A DNA stretch of 33,275 nt from Craspedostauros australis (taxonomy: Eukaryota), in contig JALAGF010000558.1 in assembly GCA_030167865.1 (NCBI GenBank), positions 1 through 33,275 on the forward strand, written 5' to 3'. Positions 30,965-33,275 of the stretch are shown one piece after another; positions within the stretch are counted from its first letter, which is position 1; every line of letters begins with the position of its first letter. The notes beneath the pieces were generated by a model, which saw nothing but the letters and a program-made list of their open reading frames with translations, made no database searches and had not been told where the DNA came from. A program made the translations under genes and the position numbers.

Positions 30965-33275
30965 AGGGGACAGAGCCTGTGATGATAACACTTGAACTTT
31001 GGAGGCCACCCAATCGAGAAGTTTGCCATCCCTCTATCATACACCACATAGTCGTATGAGTTCGCGAAGGGTGAAGGTTCCTTGTGCCCAAGACGATGGC
31101 ATCTGGTGGTGGCGATCGTAGGGGCCAAGGTGCAAGTATGAACCATTCTACGAGTACGACACCAACATGTTTGCAACCTAATACATAAATCGTATGGTAT
31201 TTATGCTCCTGCTTCACGTCGCCTTTGCCAAGCTGCTTGGCACTCCATGTCTTGATCTCGACCCAGACACGGTCCTGTCGATCAATGCACATGAAAGAGT
31301 TGCAACCATTGACGTAGCCATCTTCCCTTGTTCTATTGGTGCCATCTCTCTTACTAACTATTATACCATCATCGCCATAACCGCATCTAATCCTGATCCA
31401 ATCCAAGATTCGAGCTGGAGCATGTTGTGCAACTGTGTTCCTAAAGCGTTCTTCCATTGGAGGAGGATGGACCAGCGTTTCCAGAAACTCTCATTGTTGT
31501 AGAAGTGTGTGCATTCTAGCATGGCTCTAGAGAAAGGCAGATGTTGCCAGCAAGCATGGTTTGTAAACTTGGTGGAGTGTTTGTATTCTTGTGTATTATG
31601 GTATTCTAGTATTATATTATATGTGGTCGATGTTTATGATAGCTGGTGCCATGGGTGTGTGCGCGCGGGAATGTGGTCTATTCTACGTAACTCGACAGGC
31701 AGTATTGCCAGAGCGTGATGTAGATTGGCGGACATGTATTTATGGCACAGGATGGGCGAGGTCGTATGTGTGTATGGTGGGGAGTTGTTGGGTTGGTAGA
31801 AGTTGGCGCAACGCGTGGGTAAAATGACTGGTCCAACCATGGGACATTTCATTCCAATCCATCCATTCGCGAGGGGCTATGCGGAAGTTGAGTCCCCGAC
31901 CACAACTATGGAAGACGAACTCACAACCGTTCGTGTTTGGTGCAGCACACAAAATTCCAAGAGTAGAAATGATGACCAAAACAAGATGTTGCGATTCGCC
32001 ATCGCTGATAGGCACCACGTCTCCAATTGGAGCAGATTGCCATCCTCGTATGAAGACACACATGCATACAGACACAACGACACATGCATGTACGCATGCA
32101 TGTTCATAGCGATGTCCTATTGCTGGTATGATTGAACGTCCGCAATGTTGGTAACTCAAATGGTGACACGCTTCTACCAACTCCAGCCCTGGGGACTCCC
32201 AACCAAGAAGGCGGCCGAAGTTCTCCATCTTGTTCTTTCCAAGAGCAGCCATGTACGCAGAGTATCCAGGCCCACCAACGAGTGTGGTAACGAGTGTGGT
32301 TGGCATCCCACGAAATCAACATGTGGCGCAACAAAACAGCCGATCGATGCATCTGCAGGTATGATGAAGTACGCGGAAGCATGCAAACTTTCGAAGATTT
32401 GGAAAGCAACCAGCTCCATGGGCAGCCTGTTGGTCCAGTTTAGGAAAGCAGCGAACCCCCACAGGAGATCAATGCTGTGGGCAATGATGGAGGAGGAGAG
32501 TAGGGCCTACATTCTGTTCCAGTCAACAGACCAGGAAAAAGGTGTCACTGTTGCATCATACGAACAGCCGCGCGAACGAGGAGAAGAAATTGAGACCAAG
32601 GCAGAGTTGGAACATGAAAGCGGATGGGGGCGAATCTTGGAACAAAACGAGGACGGGTGCGTAGAACTTCCAAACAAGTCGGCGATGTTGTCAACTTCTC
32701 GTGGATTCTCTCTGGGAGTCATCGTAAAAGTTACAAAAAACTATAATTTGCTTTTTTGCTGACATCACGGGTCCCATAACAAGTGCACAGAAGCGTTGAG
32801 GACACAACGACCACTTCGACTAAATCAAAACGAATACAATCGACCCACCCGGCCAAACTACAACACAATCCGCCTCAACACCAACAATCTGCTCGAACAT
32901 CAAGAACAAGTGAGATGGCTACTTTGAATATTCCTCCTCAGAAGGTTCTAATTTGGCTCTATTTCTTTGATTCAACAATGCTGGCGCGCCGGTGTGGTGT
33001 GTTCCGTCCCCTACATCAAGTCGTGATCAACGACCAGTTGCCACACATCCCACCAATGAAAACTCACATGTCTTTCACAAGATGAAACTAATCCAAACAA
33101 GCTGATGGAATATTTGACTCCTCTTGGTAGGTTTGCTCCTCTGACCATCGCTGCCATTGACAATCCTCGATTCGAGTGTCATTGCTTTTATCCCACTGCT
33201 CATCATGACAAGCACATCAATGATGAGTGGTGTCAGTCTTTGCTGTTGTGATGCATCATGTGGCAATTGGATCAA

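Noticed and set aside
32180..32306. GGPGYSAYMAALG on the minus strand, resembling the serine carboxypeptidase GGPGCSS motif
   Set aside because: No flanking LWLN, ENGP or GESY motifs were found; probably chance.

Overview
This is eukaryotic, gene-dense and intron-poor DNA, most likely from a diatom or related stramenopile. That assignment is inferred from an ASAFAP-type bipartite plastid presequence and the gene families present. Intact genes: a type II membrane PAPS-dependent sulfotransferase, a tandem double-domain GT61-like glycosyltransferase, a divergent P2X-receptor channel, MRG15/Eaf3, a HINT-type HIT protein, a two-exon plastid-targeted HU protein, an R3H-DExH RNA helicase, an unknown 4-TM protein and an HMG-box/polyQ transcription factor. 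The ORF track hides three structures. (1) The ankyrin ORF at 3101-3940 is only the 5' part of a decayed ankyrin-coiled-coil-BTB/BACK gene that runs to 1669. (2) That gene is interrupted by an insertion (1930-2457) with a perfect 5-bp target-site duplication (CTGAA) and non-canonical TAATA...TATTA ends; removing it restores the reading frame. (3) A frameshifted pseudogene copy of the 4-TM gene lies immediately downstream of it. I found no RNA genes, no CRISPR array and no convincing multi-gene novel system. Regions ~0.5-1.6 kb, 24-27.7 kb and 31-33.3 kb remain unexplained.
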